From: Trichosphaerium sp. ATCC 40318
Lineage: Eukaryota > Protista > Tubulinea
Reading direction: 5' to 3'
Assembly (NCBI GenBank): GCA_038496445.1
Contig: JALMLS010000228.1
Location: 543,117 to 607,116, forward strand
Length of the DNA stretch: 64,000 nucleotides
Below the pieces are notes generated by a model. The model had not been told where the DNA came from. It saw only the letters and a list, made by a program, of their open reading frames with translations, and ran no database searches. Position numbers and translations under genes: made by a program. Below, in pieces: positions 50,563-62,400 of this stretch (its first letter is position 1; every line of letters starts with the position of its first letter).

Positions 50563-51423
50563 TGGAGTTATTGTCCGTATCATTCAAGTTTGCTAATCTT
50601 TGCAACTTTTTGCTGTTTGTGACTTTTGGTTTTCGTGTTTAGTCAGATCTGACAGATCTTGCAACTTCTGTTAGTTCTTACAAGATCTTGTTAGTTCTTG
50701 CAAGATCTGTTAAAAACTACAAGATCTGACGGATCTTGTCAGTTCTGGAACAAACTAAATCCGATTGGATACAACGTATACAAATTATTATGACACCACC
50801 AGTGTTCTTAACCCATTATTTATTTGGTACATTAGCTTATGTCTCTGATGACCTCTAAGGTCCAACGATTGTCTCCTATACTCTAAAACTGATTATTTCG
50901 CTACGTTATCCGTGTACATGCAGCGCAAGATACTTTGGAAGCGCTTGGAACTTTCTTTGAGGTTTTAACGTTATCTACTCCTCTTCACGCCTGAATGTGC
51001 CAGTATTCGCGCGTGGTGCTTGTAAGTTAAAATGTAAATAATTATTGATTCGTACTCGTTTTTATGGCTCCTGGGTGAGTAGTAATGAGAGCGCCCTACG
51101 TGAAATACTGAGATCGTCTTGTTAGATGATGTGACTTTTGACACAGTCTTTTTCGTCTTGCCGTAACGTACATAAGGACGGCAAGCAAGGTACATTGCCA
51201 TGAGTTATAGAATGTGATGCATTCACATTGCACTGGTTCTACAGGTTTTTATCAAAGCTGTCAGTTTTTGCTGGAACTATCAAAACTGACAAAATCTGAC
51301 AGAACTTGCAAAAACTAGCAGAACTTACAAGATCTGTCAGTTTTGTTAGTTCTTGCAAGATCTTACACTTTGATACTTCTGCCAAACCTGTCGCAAACTT
51401 GAATGATACGGACAATAACTCCA
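50563..51423. mobile_element. Non-autonomous TIR DNA element (861 bp) with 31-bp perfect TIRs, AGATCT-rich subterminal repeats and a captured internal segment
   Basis: TGGAGTTATTGTCCGTATCATTCAAGTTTGC (50563-50593) and its exact reverse complement (51393-51423); gttagttcttgcaagatct-type repeats at both ends. No TSD seen. Confidence 0.88.
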
Positions 51424-54194
51424 AATAAAACAAAAAAAAGTAAAAATGTGATCAACAATTTGGGTGATATCACGTTCTCAGAGTGTAAAACCTGAATATG
51501 GTGGACTCAGGTGTAGCAAGAAATATAGTGAACACACATTTTTGATTTGTAGCCCAGTTTTAATGCTAACGTTCACAACCAAGTCGTAATTCACTAAAAA
51601 AAAATTAGGACTAGTAGCCAGTAAAACTTTGTCAAAACGGCTCCAAAATACTCGCACGTACTATAGACATGCTAAGAGGCTTGTTAGACACACCATAAGC
51701 AAAAAACCACAAAAGACGAAAAACGCAAGTTCAACACGTGTACTAACACACTAAAAACAAGCGATGCGCGTAAACATTCAACAGAAACTAAAGTTGTAGT
51801 GGTGCAAGGCAAAAAGTACTCAAGCTCAGAGTTATTGTCAAGTGAAAATTTTCGTGTTCGACAATTGATTTTGAATTGTGTCCTTTTTTGTCCGATACTG
51901 CTTAATTGCCTTGTTTTTTCTCCCCTTCAGGGTTTTACAGGCAATACATTGTATTGTAGTTGCACTAGGGATTGTAAACGACTCCAAAGTAGTATGTGAT
52001 GCCATTCACATGGTTTTGTTGTAAAAACGTGATAAAGAAATTCTTTGTCAAATGTTAAATCTTGGTGACAAGCCCATTTTTTTTCTTTTGTACAACAGAA
52101 AATTGGATTTTGTCCACCTATGAAAGAAGCGTGTAACTTTGTCAAGTTTTTTGGTCAATTTTGCCAACAACAAAACTATCACATAGCATGGAAGAGTGAC
52201 ACGGGGTCATTAGACTGTAAAATGGACGTGTACGCTCTACTCTAACGAAAGAGTTAACACGGAAGTAAAGCTATGAAGTACAGCTAACATTAGCATGAGC
52301 ATACCTTTAGAGTTAAATCCCAAATCACTCGTGAGCCACAGAAAGAAACTTGTCGAATTTAGATACAACGCTAATGTACCTAGCCATACCAGCAATCAAA
52401 TATATAGTCTACCTGTGCCATCTGTTGGAGCCACTGTACATTTTAGTACAATGACATAAACGCTATTGATGCTTTCTATTGTCAGTGCCACATATTCACG
52501 TAGTACATTGTAGGTGATGACGGACATAATTGAACATTGCACATCCTGTTTTAGTTGTAATTATTGCAACTTCAATCCAGAGTATGTATACTACTCTGTA
52601 CGCGTAGAATTAGGCGTCAGGAGTGGATTCGAGCGATATGTCTGCAAGTGGCAAAATCAAGATGAAAGCTTTAAACAATTCTTAAACTCGTTGACACACT
52701 TTAATGACGTATTTTACCAAAAGCGAGTAATAAATGTGAAAAAACGCGAAAGATATGTCTGTGCATATAATACGTAGCTCTCCCGACTGTAGACTGAGTA
52801 TAATCGTATTACATTGAAGCACAAACTATGGAGTTTTAGGAGTTATAGCCTTGCAGTCATGGGTCTTGAAATAGACACTGAAAGGGAAAGGTGATGAAAG
52901 AAACTCAGTATCAGCAACAAATCGATCTTACGTTACAAAGAAATTAAAACGAAAAAAGAAGAGAATTGTAAAAGAGTTTAAATGTAGTACTTGGATTTCA
53001 GGCTTGAATTGAACGCCAACTTTCTCTTGCATCTGTTGAAACAAGCTCTGTAAATTGACACTAGATAGTGTGTTTTGATCTCTTCACTTGTGAGTGCCAA
53101 GCCGCCATAAATAGCAAACTTGACAACTGAAAGAAAAGTAAACTCGAGAGTCAAATTATACGTAAGCACTTACCGATTTGTATCTTAACAAATGTCCAGA
53201 AATAATCAGAGGCGTCAGAGATTACTAATATCAAGTTAAAGTGATTAGCAACTACTCTTGGAGCATCCTTGCTATCAACTGCTTGCAGTCTCTTCCTAAA
53301 GTAAATGAGTAAATATTCAAACAAATCACGGTAAAAATACCTTCTAGATAAGCCTTTGTAACTCGAGCTATCATTTCAAGTAGCACATGGACTGCAGAAT
53401 ATCACCGCAAGATACATCTTCTAGTTGAGGTGGATGAATTCTTTGAAAAAGGGTCAACAATGGTGAAGGTAAGGCTTGGAAATGAAGGTACCTAGAAACC
53501 TCATATTGAATCCTTTGTTTTGCAAGAAAGACAAGAACGCTTTTTGTCTTGGATGAAAGTTCGGTGACTACAAAGCCTCAATCAAAAAATTTACATATTA
53601 CGCGTGACATACGTTAATCTGTTTTTACATTCATTCCATTGGTCATCAAGAAGGTAGAAGAAAGCGTCTAAATAATTGGTATGAAGATTGTTAATAAAAA
53701 GAAGCAAAATACTTACCTGTCACTTCCTATGTACAAGTTCATCATGTCTCCAAATCTTGTCTGATGATAGAGGCTTATTTGGAAACTTCTGTCGTAGAAT
53801 ACTGAGGTATGATTGTTTTGTACAAATGAGCCGACTTTCTACCTTAACATGATGCTGGGTGAGTATTGGTTTTTTTCTTTTTTAGCTTACTTTGAGAACT
53901 AGTAAACAGTCACCATAAACTACTTTACCTACTATAGTAGACGCCCTTGAGTTAACGAAATCCCTTGCTTTTAAATCACCACTGATCACAGGTGCTGCAT
54001 GAAACAGACTTCATTCTAAGAAATTATCTTTCGTAATGATTGCCTTTAGCTTTCATAGCACTTATTGACACATTGGCTTAATATTTTTCCGCCTTGATCT
54101 TCAAATTTATTAACTGGAAGCTGTATCTCCTCAATGGCTAAACATAAACTCAACAAGGGAACCATGGTCATTCATTTGATAAAAACGTACTATC

Positions 54195-55225
54195 TAGATG
54201 TTGGAATGTTCCTGGATCATTGTCGAATCTGGGGTACCTATCACTTGAATACAATCATCACCAGCACCACCTATTATATTAGATACTTCTACATTACTGA
54301 GGACAGCCTTATCATTTCCTGAACCAAGATTGATGGTGTTTTGGAACACAACATTTGTTGCTCGAATGCAGTCATTTCCAGTACCTTGTTTTGAAACAAT
54401 TACTAAAAGTAAACTTCACATACGATACCTGTGAGCACATTGCCTGCGATTGAAGCACCCTCCATCACAACTAAGCAATCAAAGCCTTCCAATAGTGATA
54501 TACCACTCCTTACAATAGCACCTGCTCCAACAAGAACACAATCATCTCCGCTTGATCCAATAATTGAGTCTACAGACTCTCCAGGTAGTATCTTGATACA
54601 GTTTGTACCTAGCAATACGTTACTATAATAATTACAAGAACCTTTGTATTGCGTACATTCATCAAAGTTACAGCGATCACAAGCACAACCTCGAGAACAA
54701 GGACCCAAGAAAATAGTCGAACAAATACTGTTATCAAAATTTGTTGGGTTTGATGTTGGTGCGATAGTTGCTGGCTGCATTGTTGGCTGTATTGTAGGTG
54801 CATCTGTAGCATCCATCGAAACATTAAAAGTTGTAGGTTCAGCAATACCACAAAGGCTTATTGTATTAAGACTTTTACTAGTTAGTTACAAAATCTTCGA
54901 AATGAAACTTACATTGCGGTACTACTTTCAGTAGAAAAATATGTTCTATCTCCTACCGTTATAGATGCTTGTAATTCCGATGTACCAGTTCCTTCACAGT
55001 ATAAGAGATAATCACGTGAACTATTTCACTAACCTGTTACTTCCATAGAGAACGAACATGTAACAGTACCACCCACAGCTATCATTCCACTAGCAGAGAA
55101 TCCTGTCCCATCAACAGACTCTCCAAAAGCCTTATTGCAGATTACTTTAATTGAATACTACTTCTATAACTACGTACAATGTCACAGGATTTCTTGGTGT
55201 AACAAAAGAAGGTGTTCGGAATTTT
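54195..55225 (-). pseudogene. Inserted fragment of a Cys-rich surface protein gene with RTX-like (GxGND/GDD) Ca-binding repeats
   Basis: PT-rich linker, Cys cluster, IIGSSGDDCV, TGTGNDCI, LGSGNDKA and IIGGAGDDCI, lying between CLU motifs ARIYPP and PLSSD. Confidence 0.7.
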
Positions 55226-55850
55226 AAACTGTTTTTTTGAACGCCACAAAAACTGCATATCACTCTAAATTCACTCATTTGGTAGTGGTATTATTTGGGT
55301 ACTGGTGGATAAATACGAGCGGCATCAACATAGTATGTATGGAACAAGCGTTTGTAAACAAAGTTATCCTTTTAAGGGGATGGAATTCTAATCGAACTGC
55401 CCATAAGTATTTTTTGTTTACCTTCCATCTTTTCCTTTATGTCCTTCAATATCAACAGGACCAAATATCTCTTAAAGTTTAGTTTACAGCCTACAAAAAC
55501 TAAGAATATCACACCGTAAGCTGGATAGGTCGTGTTTGCAAGTAGAATAGGCATACCATATGACCCTTTATATGAAGTTTTTCTGCAGCTTCGTTCATCA
55601 GTTTGTTGAAATGAGGATCATCTTTGTGGATTGTTTTCCCTCCATTTGCACTTCCATAGATCAACGTAGAATCACCAGTTATCGGTAAACAAGTCGTTGC
55701 TATAAACAAACGGTATCAAAAAGGAGATAACTTTTCATTTAAGGCTACAATAAACGTCTAAAATGCTGACGTACCGACCGATGAGTCTGTATCCTTTGTA
55801 ATCAAGAGCAACCATAAACGGAAAATGTAATCCATCGATATTGGCTGTTG

Positions 55851-56021
55851 TATCTTTTTCAAGTTTGCAATCGATCCTTATGGTATCTATGGTGGTGATA
55901 AATTTACATCAAAGGCCGTAGGTAAGAAACCCAATGATTTAAATCAAAGGTTACCCTACTTTTTTTTTTTCCCTGATCTTTTCGATTAAGGACATGAATT
56001 GAATGGTCTTAAAGCGTACTA
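55851..56021 (+). other. 171-bp inverted exon-intron-exon segment of the CLU domain
   Basis: The plus strand reads IFFKFAIDPYGIYGGDKFTSKAV|gtaag..aag|GHELNGLKAYY while the flanking exons are on the minus strand. Confidence 0.88.
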
Positions 56022-56446
56022 CCACTACGAATGTACTAGTACGCAAATCAAATCAGTTACAACTTAATCAACACTTGAAGCATGTCATACCTTCTCGCCT
56101 CCAGCAATACCACCTACATTAACAGGTTTAATTGTCTTCTGGTGATTAGGAATACTTCTCTCATTGATGATTACCCTTAATACCAGCATAAGAGAAAGAA
56201 ATACAAAGGACAAACAAAGTAATTGCTGATGACAACATAGAGAAAAAACTAGGAAAAAAAAAACGTGCCCTCCTGATTTACTCGCAATATCAATAAATTG
56301 TTTGGAGAGCGTACTGAGTTTATACAAGTACTCTAATTTATCGTCTAATCCTTTAGGTCTATACGCAAACAACACTTGAAACTCAGAATTCCAATCTATG
56401 CAAGCACACAGACAAGTTGAAGCAATACTCTTGAAGAAGACTTTGT

Positions 56447-59400
56447 GGATGTCAATTCTGTCTTGTCCACATCTTGCAATTCTACATTTTGCGTATGTGT
56501 AACCCTGACCAGAACCTAAAAGCTTGCGTTTATCATAAATTAAGTAGATATAAGAGGTACCTTGACTTATATCGTCGGTATCAACAGTACTTGACGAGTA
56601 AGTTTGTCCTTTTTCACTTGTTGAACTCTTATTGTCTTCTTCTTCGATGGAAGGATTCCAGATCGGGACTAAAAACAAATGCTTGTCTCATGTCTTTTGA
56701 TGAGCTGCCTTCGTTTTTACTCAAGGACAAGCTAGCTGTGGTACAACGGGAAAAAGGCCGTGGTTTATTGGTCTACAAAGTGTTTCGCAGTAGTAATGAT
56801 GCCAAGCATGCTAGAGATACACTTTCACTTGTGAAAGCGTTTGATCCAGCTGCATTAAAGAAGTGGAAAAAAGCACGTGCTAGGCGTATACGCCTTACAC
56901 GGAAGGCCTGCCACTGATTATGGCTTGTAAATTGTAACTATCGTGTGGTTTTATTAATAAATTTCCAAACATTAAAAAAAAAATGTTCTCTGGACTAAGA
57001 TATGTCACTTCGCCTTTTTTATCATCTTCGCTCAAGTATCTCACTGAAGTGTTTGGTTCTTCATAAGGCGTTACATCGGTTATGGCTGCTTCTGTGTATG
57101 GGGTTATACTTGGATTTGTATAAGCACTGTAATCACCACAAGCATCGGTATCTAGGGTGTAATTCTGTTGAAGATCAGAATTCTGCACCTCCTGTGGTAC
57201 TTCTGCGTCCTTCTCTTCAACGTATTGTTCTACGACATGATGTAAAATTCAAGCTTGAACGATGATATCTCGTACCTACATCGGCCGCAGCATACGCTCC
57301 AGCGTGCATTCCAGCCGTTAGATCATCGGAAGAGGTGTTGAGGTTCTGAGACTGACCATACGCTTCAGTGTGAAGCGGTATGTCTTCTGAATCCTGTTCT
57401 TGTTCTTTGTTTCCAGGTAATGCAAGTGATGAGTACGCTGTTGTTGGTAACCTTTCTGATCCTTCATCATCGGAGGATTCATTATTACTTTCATTGTAGT
57501 TCAAGTATGTGATATTATCAATACCACCGTATAGTTTGGTGTAATCATTAGGTAGTTCAGAGTCTGAGTCTGAGTCTGGGTCTGAGGAATCCTTGTCTTG
57601 TTCTGAAAGCTGCGTTTTTATAACGAGAAATAAAAAGATATTTAAGACATTGCTGTAGTACATTTGGAACCAAGGAGGCTCGGAGGATCACTACCAGTTG
57701 GAGACGGAGAAGACGCACTTGATTTTGATGTATCAAAGTTCAACAGCCTAGGTTTTTAAGCATAACAAAAAAAGGTAAATCGTGCTTCCACAATGACAAT
57801 CATTAATGGTTTTCACCTCTAGTCAAGGTCAACATTATTTCAATTACCTGTAGCATGTTTATTGAGATTAGTGGTCTATCTAAAGCGAACAGTGACGGGA
57901 TCTGGTGCACAAAATTAGTTTCGTTGACAAAAAAGGCAGTTCATACAATGAACCAAATCACGTTTTCTTTCAAGTCAATTCTGTCTGTTTTAAACCTCAA
58001 GATCCAGGAAGCTTCACATAAATTAACTGGTAGATCTTTAAGATGAGGAAAGTAATCTCCTCTCTCATGCTTTGGCGGTGTAGGGATGGTAAACGCTTAA
58101 AAAAACAAACAGAGTTTACAACTTTTGATACTTTCGTAAACAAGACGGCGTTACCTTTATATCGAGTACCACGAATCCTTTGCTAAAAAGTACCCACGTG
58201 TTAGTTCATGAACTTTATATTCTTTTGGATTACCTTAGTTATGTAACACGATTGTTTGTGGTCTTTTATTGTCAAGCCATAATATTCTTGCAACACTAAG
58301 ACTTAGTTAATGACATGTGATATAAGCAGCTTTGTACACAGCGTACTGTAAAGCTAACGCGCAATGTGCTGGTCTTGTTTATTTTAGTATACACGTGATA
58401 AATTTGTAATCATTACTTACCTGTGAAGATCAATGTTTTCAATGACACATCAAAAGGCCTATCCCAAGGCATATATGGTCTTAGTGCCTTACCACAAACA
58501 GTACAAGCCTTCAAATCGTTAAGCGGTGGTAAAATTCTCTGGAAAAGAGGAAAAACCGTTGTAGAAAGGTTGAGAGTATCCTCATGCGTACGACTATATC
58601 TTCATTGACACAATAATAATGAGGCTCAGCTTAGAACAAAAAATTAATACAAACTGAGTACGTTGTGGTTCGTATAGACGTACTTTGTGCGAATGTACTC
58701 TTACAAGACGCTTCAAACCCGACTTCACATGTCAGTGCGGTTTTTGCCCTGTATTGCTTTCTACAACGATACATGGTAATATCAAAGGCCTTCTTATACG
58801 ACTTGTGGCGATGATGGCGTTAAAACAAATTCAGAAAATTTGTCAACTTTTTTCGCCTAGTTACTACATCTGGAAAGCACGTGTGCATAAACTTTCATCT
58901 TGTGTATGTCTTGTTAGATATTAGAAGCGAAATAGAGCATCTACAGCTCAAATAAACTCAACACAGATGCTTTCAAAACAACCGAAAGTTCAAAACACAG
59001 TGTAACCTGATACCACCACTTTACAACTTATCGTACATTATAGATTGTACCAGCACTATGTTAATAGAGCTTGTGGAATATCTTTGGCTATTATTGCAAT
59101 AGGCATAGAACTCTTTGCAAGTGCACGTGCGTATATTCTTTTTTTGTATGTATTTTCTAACAGCTTGCAAGTGAAACAAACTTATCAGTATTGACAAGAA
59201 CTGTTGCCTAATAAGGAAAGTATCAGCATATGCTCCTTGAGCACTTGCTCGTGATGCGTCAGTCTCTCCAAACGTATAACAAGCTCTGTTTAGGTGGGAA
59301 CGCAAATAATTTATTTTTAAAAGTGGAGGTGCTCTAGTTTCTGCTTTAGCGCCTAAATATTGTTAAATGCAGTACGAATGTGGATGATTCTTACCTCAAT

Positions 59401-62400
59401 TCGACTATGCAGCATGCGTAGTTGTGACGGGATTGAACTGTTTTTCAAAACCGGGCAACAATGTCTGTATCTCAATTGGCGCTCGAAACATGTCCGTCTC
59501 AAGCTTTACTAGTTCTTCAAATATCGTTACAATGGTGCTTAGTTTAGGTTTCAAGTTTTGTTTCATAGATGGTCCAGAAGAATTGCTTGGTGTATTGTTA
59601 GGCTTGAAACCCGATGGATCATTGAGTTGATCAACAAGCTTCAGTATACTGGGATTTACGCGCGTACTTGCATGTCCTAAAACACGTCATAATGTAAGTA
59701 CTAAGTACGTTATTACACCCTGATACGCATGTCGTGTTTTTTCTATAGATTTGAGTTCGCTTACGTCTTGCTTTACTGTATTAAAACACTTGGAGCATAT
59801 ATCTTCTGTGTAAGCATAGAACTGATACGCTTTCTTTGCCAAAACAATTTGAAAGCCAAAGTAGGAAACTACAGATGAGTCATGTCTACTTGATTCTTCT
59901 AACGCGTAAAGCGTTTGACATATCTACGCGTACCTCCATTTTGTAATAAAGAGTTTCTTATTAGCTCAACAAGCTTAGCTCGCTTGTATTCTATAGTTAC
60001 AACGAGTTTTTCAGTGTCCAAAAGAAGCCCTTTTAGTTTTTGAGTAACGAGTAGCAGATCATTGAACAAGTCATCTAATATCCCTGTATCACGCTAAATA
60101 TATTAATAAATAACGCCGCGAGTACTTCTTCGTTTTGTACCAGCAAAAAAATAGATTCTTCCAGTTGCAGCTTCCTATGCGGTGCAAACAGACCCTATTA
60201 AGTGTAAAAGTTAATTCAAGCCATACAAAGAGGACTTACAGGACACTGAGGTGCTAACCTCTTTTGAATATCTAATATTTTTTTCGTATTTTCTACAATG
60301 GCTCTACCCTGTTGTCCAAAATTAGTTTTTTGAAACAAAACTTGTTCCCCCATAAATTTCTTAAATCCAACAAACCTCGTCTATTTCTTTAGCCACTCCT
60401 TCAATAAGCGCGAGTGCTTTAGTCAGGTTTTCAAAGTCCACGTGATCGTCAGGTGTATATTTAATAAGTTGCTTAAAGAGAATGTTATAACATGAGCAGG
60501 GAAATCAGAGTCTGTACTTACCTCTAGAAGTAACTTGTACCTCTAAGCAAAAAACAACAAAAGTCAGCACATACATATGATGGTGTCTCACGTACAGGAA
60601 CTCTTTGTATTGGCATAATCTGAAAAGATTCTAGGGTTTGTGTTCCTATATTTGGATTTTTACATGCTCCCTAGTAGACAAAATGATGAGACACATGTTA
60701 GGCGTTGTACAAAAGCGTACTCTAAGAAATTTTTGAAATTCAGCATTTCGTTCTTTGGCAGCTGCTGTAGCATCAAGGATCGTGTTAAACTTATTAACAT
60801 AATTCGTATACAACTTCAAATACGGTGCCTAATATGTTGTCATTTCAAAAAAAAAAATCACGTGATCAACATGTGAAAAACCCAAAATAGTTAACATATT
60901 TACCAAGTCGCCAAATACTTTGCCGTATCCTGTTCCTTTACTTTTGGTTGTTCTGCTCTCTTCTAATTGCTGTAAAAACTCTTTATTAACACTATAGATA
61001 GGTATTAAATCAGCAAAGATGCTGTTGATAACAGGAAGCTCCAAAATGGCTTCTTGTCCGCCATTAAATGTTGCAGAAGCTTTCAAAGGTTCATAAAATC
61101 CCTAGTAACAAGTTAATACTTCATAAAGTTGTAAAGATACCTCAGCCTCAATGTTTTCTCGTTTTTTGGCATGTGCAAGCATGCGACGATATCTCTTACG
61201 TTGTGAGAATCCACGAACAACACCTTGAAGTTTGGCAATATTCTCTGAGAGCTACAAGAAGTTTTCAGAAAAGGAGAAACAAAGTCGAATCAAAGAACCT
61301 TGTAATCGCGTTTTTGTGCAGCAATGTTTCGTTTTACAGTTGCAAAACTGACGTCAATATCACTCAGCACTTGTCTTTTATGCCTCTCTATCCGTACAGT
61401 CTCTTGACGAATAATCTAAGTCTGTCAAAAAAGAAAAAAAAAAAAGGCAAAAAAGAAAAAAAAACCGGCAAAAAAAACAATAACCATTGTACCTCCTGTC
61501 GGACACTAGCATCAAATTCTGTTGTTTCTACAAGTGTCTTTAGCTCGCTAATATAACCTTCAAACAACTACAAATAGTTTGAGTGACTTTACAGAGTGAG
61601 AGCGAACGGTTTTGTGGCACAACCTTGTTGAATCTGGCTTCTTTTGATTTTAACAGTTCTCTAACTGATTTTTTGACACTGTTGTGTTGTTTTTCAGCCT
61701 GGTGGACCTTCTGAACGAGTTCTTGAGCAATTTCTATGCTCGGTAAACGATTCTCAGCTTAAATGTCAGTGACTTACTTGTTTTAGGTACCTACAATCGT
61801 TGTGTTGTGTTTTGTGGCGTCGGATGTGGCGCCTGAATTTTTTGGGCGTGTTGATTTCAACATTTCGTGATCTGGGACCTTCATTATCAGTTTCTTGGTA
61901 CTATCGAAGTCATTGGAATATTTTGAAGGCTTTGGAGGGTAAGCAACAAAGAATTACAGTTTTTTGCCTCTTATAGGCTTGAATGGCGTACGTTATTCTT
62001 TTTATTGCCCGTAGGCTGTGTTTCATCAGTATGGTTATCTAAAATAGTTAAATCGAGCGGAAACCGTTCAAAACAGCTTTTTCCATTGTCGAGCCTTGTT
62101 ATGGAGTGTATCACATATTTACTTTCTTCTATTGGTTGAATTGGTGTGAAATAAAAACCTTGAATTCAACAAAAACCGTTAAGTGTAAACTACCACTTCA
62201 CTTTGGTTCGACTCGTACTTGCAATGCAAAAAAAAAAAAAACCAATTGAGCGTGCAATGCACTAATGACTATCGCAAATTCTACAATCAGAAAGAAACAA
62301 GAAGAAAATGTAGAACCAATCAAGAAAACATGCAAAAAAGTCATGCTTTACCATACTCTACTAAAAGAACAATCCAATAATAGTGCGTGTTAAGTCAGAA

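Larger units (their letters stand above)
52978..62086 (-). pseudogene. IQ - RhoGEF (DH-PH) - acidic Tyr-rich linker - CLU-domain gene, internally rearranged
   Basis: DH/PH as in the left arm. CLU motifs IKPVNVGGIAGGEK, FFKFAID.YGIYGGD, GHELNGL, LHFPFMVALDYKGYRLI, TLIYGSANGGKT, IFGPVDIEGHKGKDGR, PLSSD-AF, GFNMRFLG, EMIARV, NHFNLIL..FW. Confidence 0.82.
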
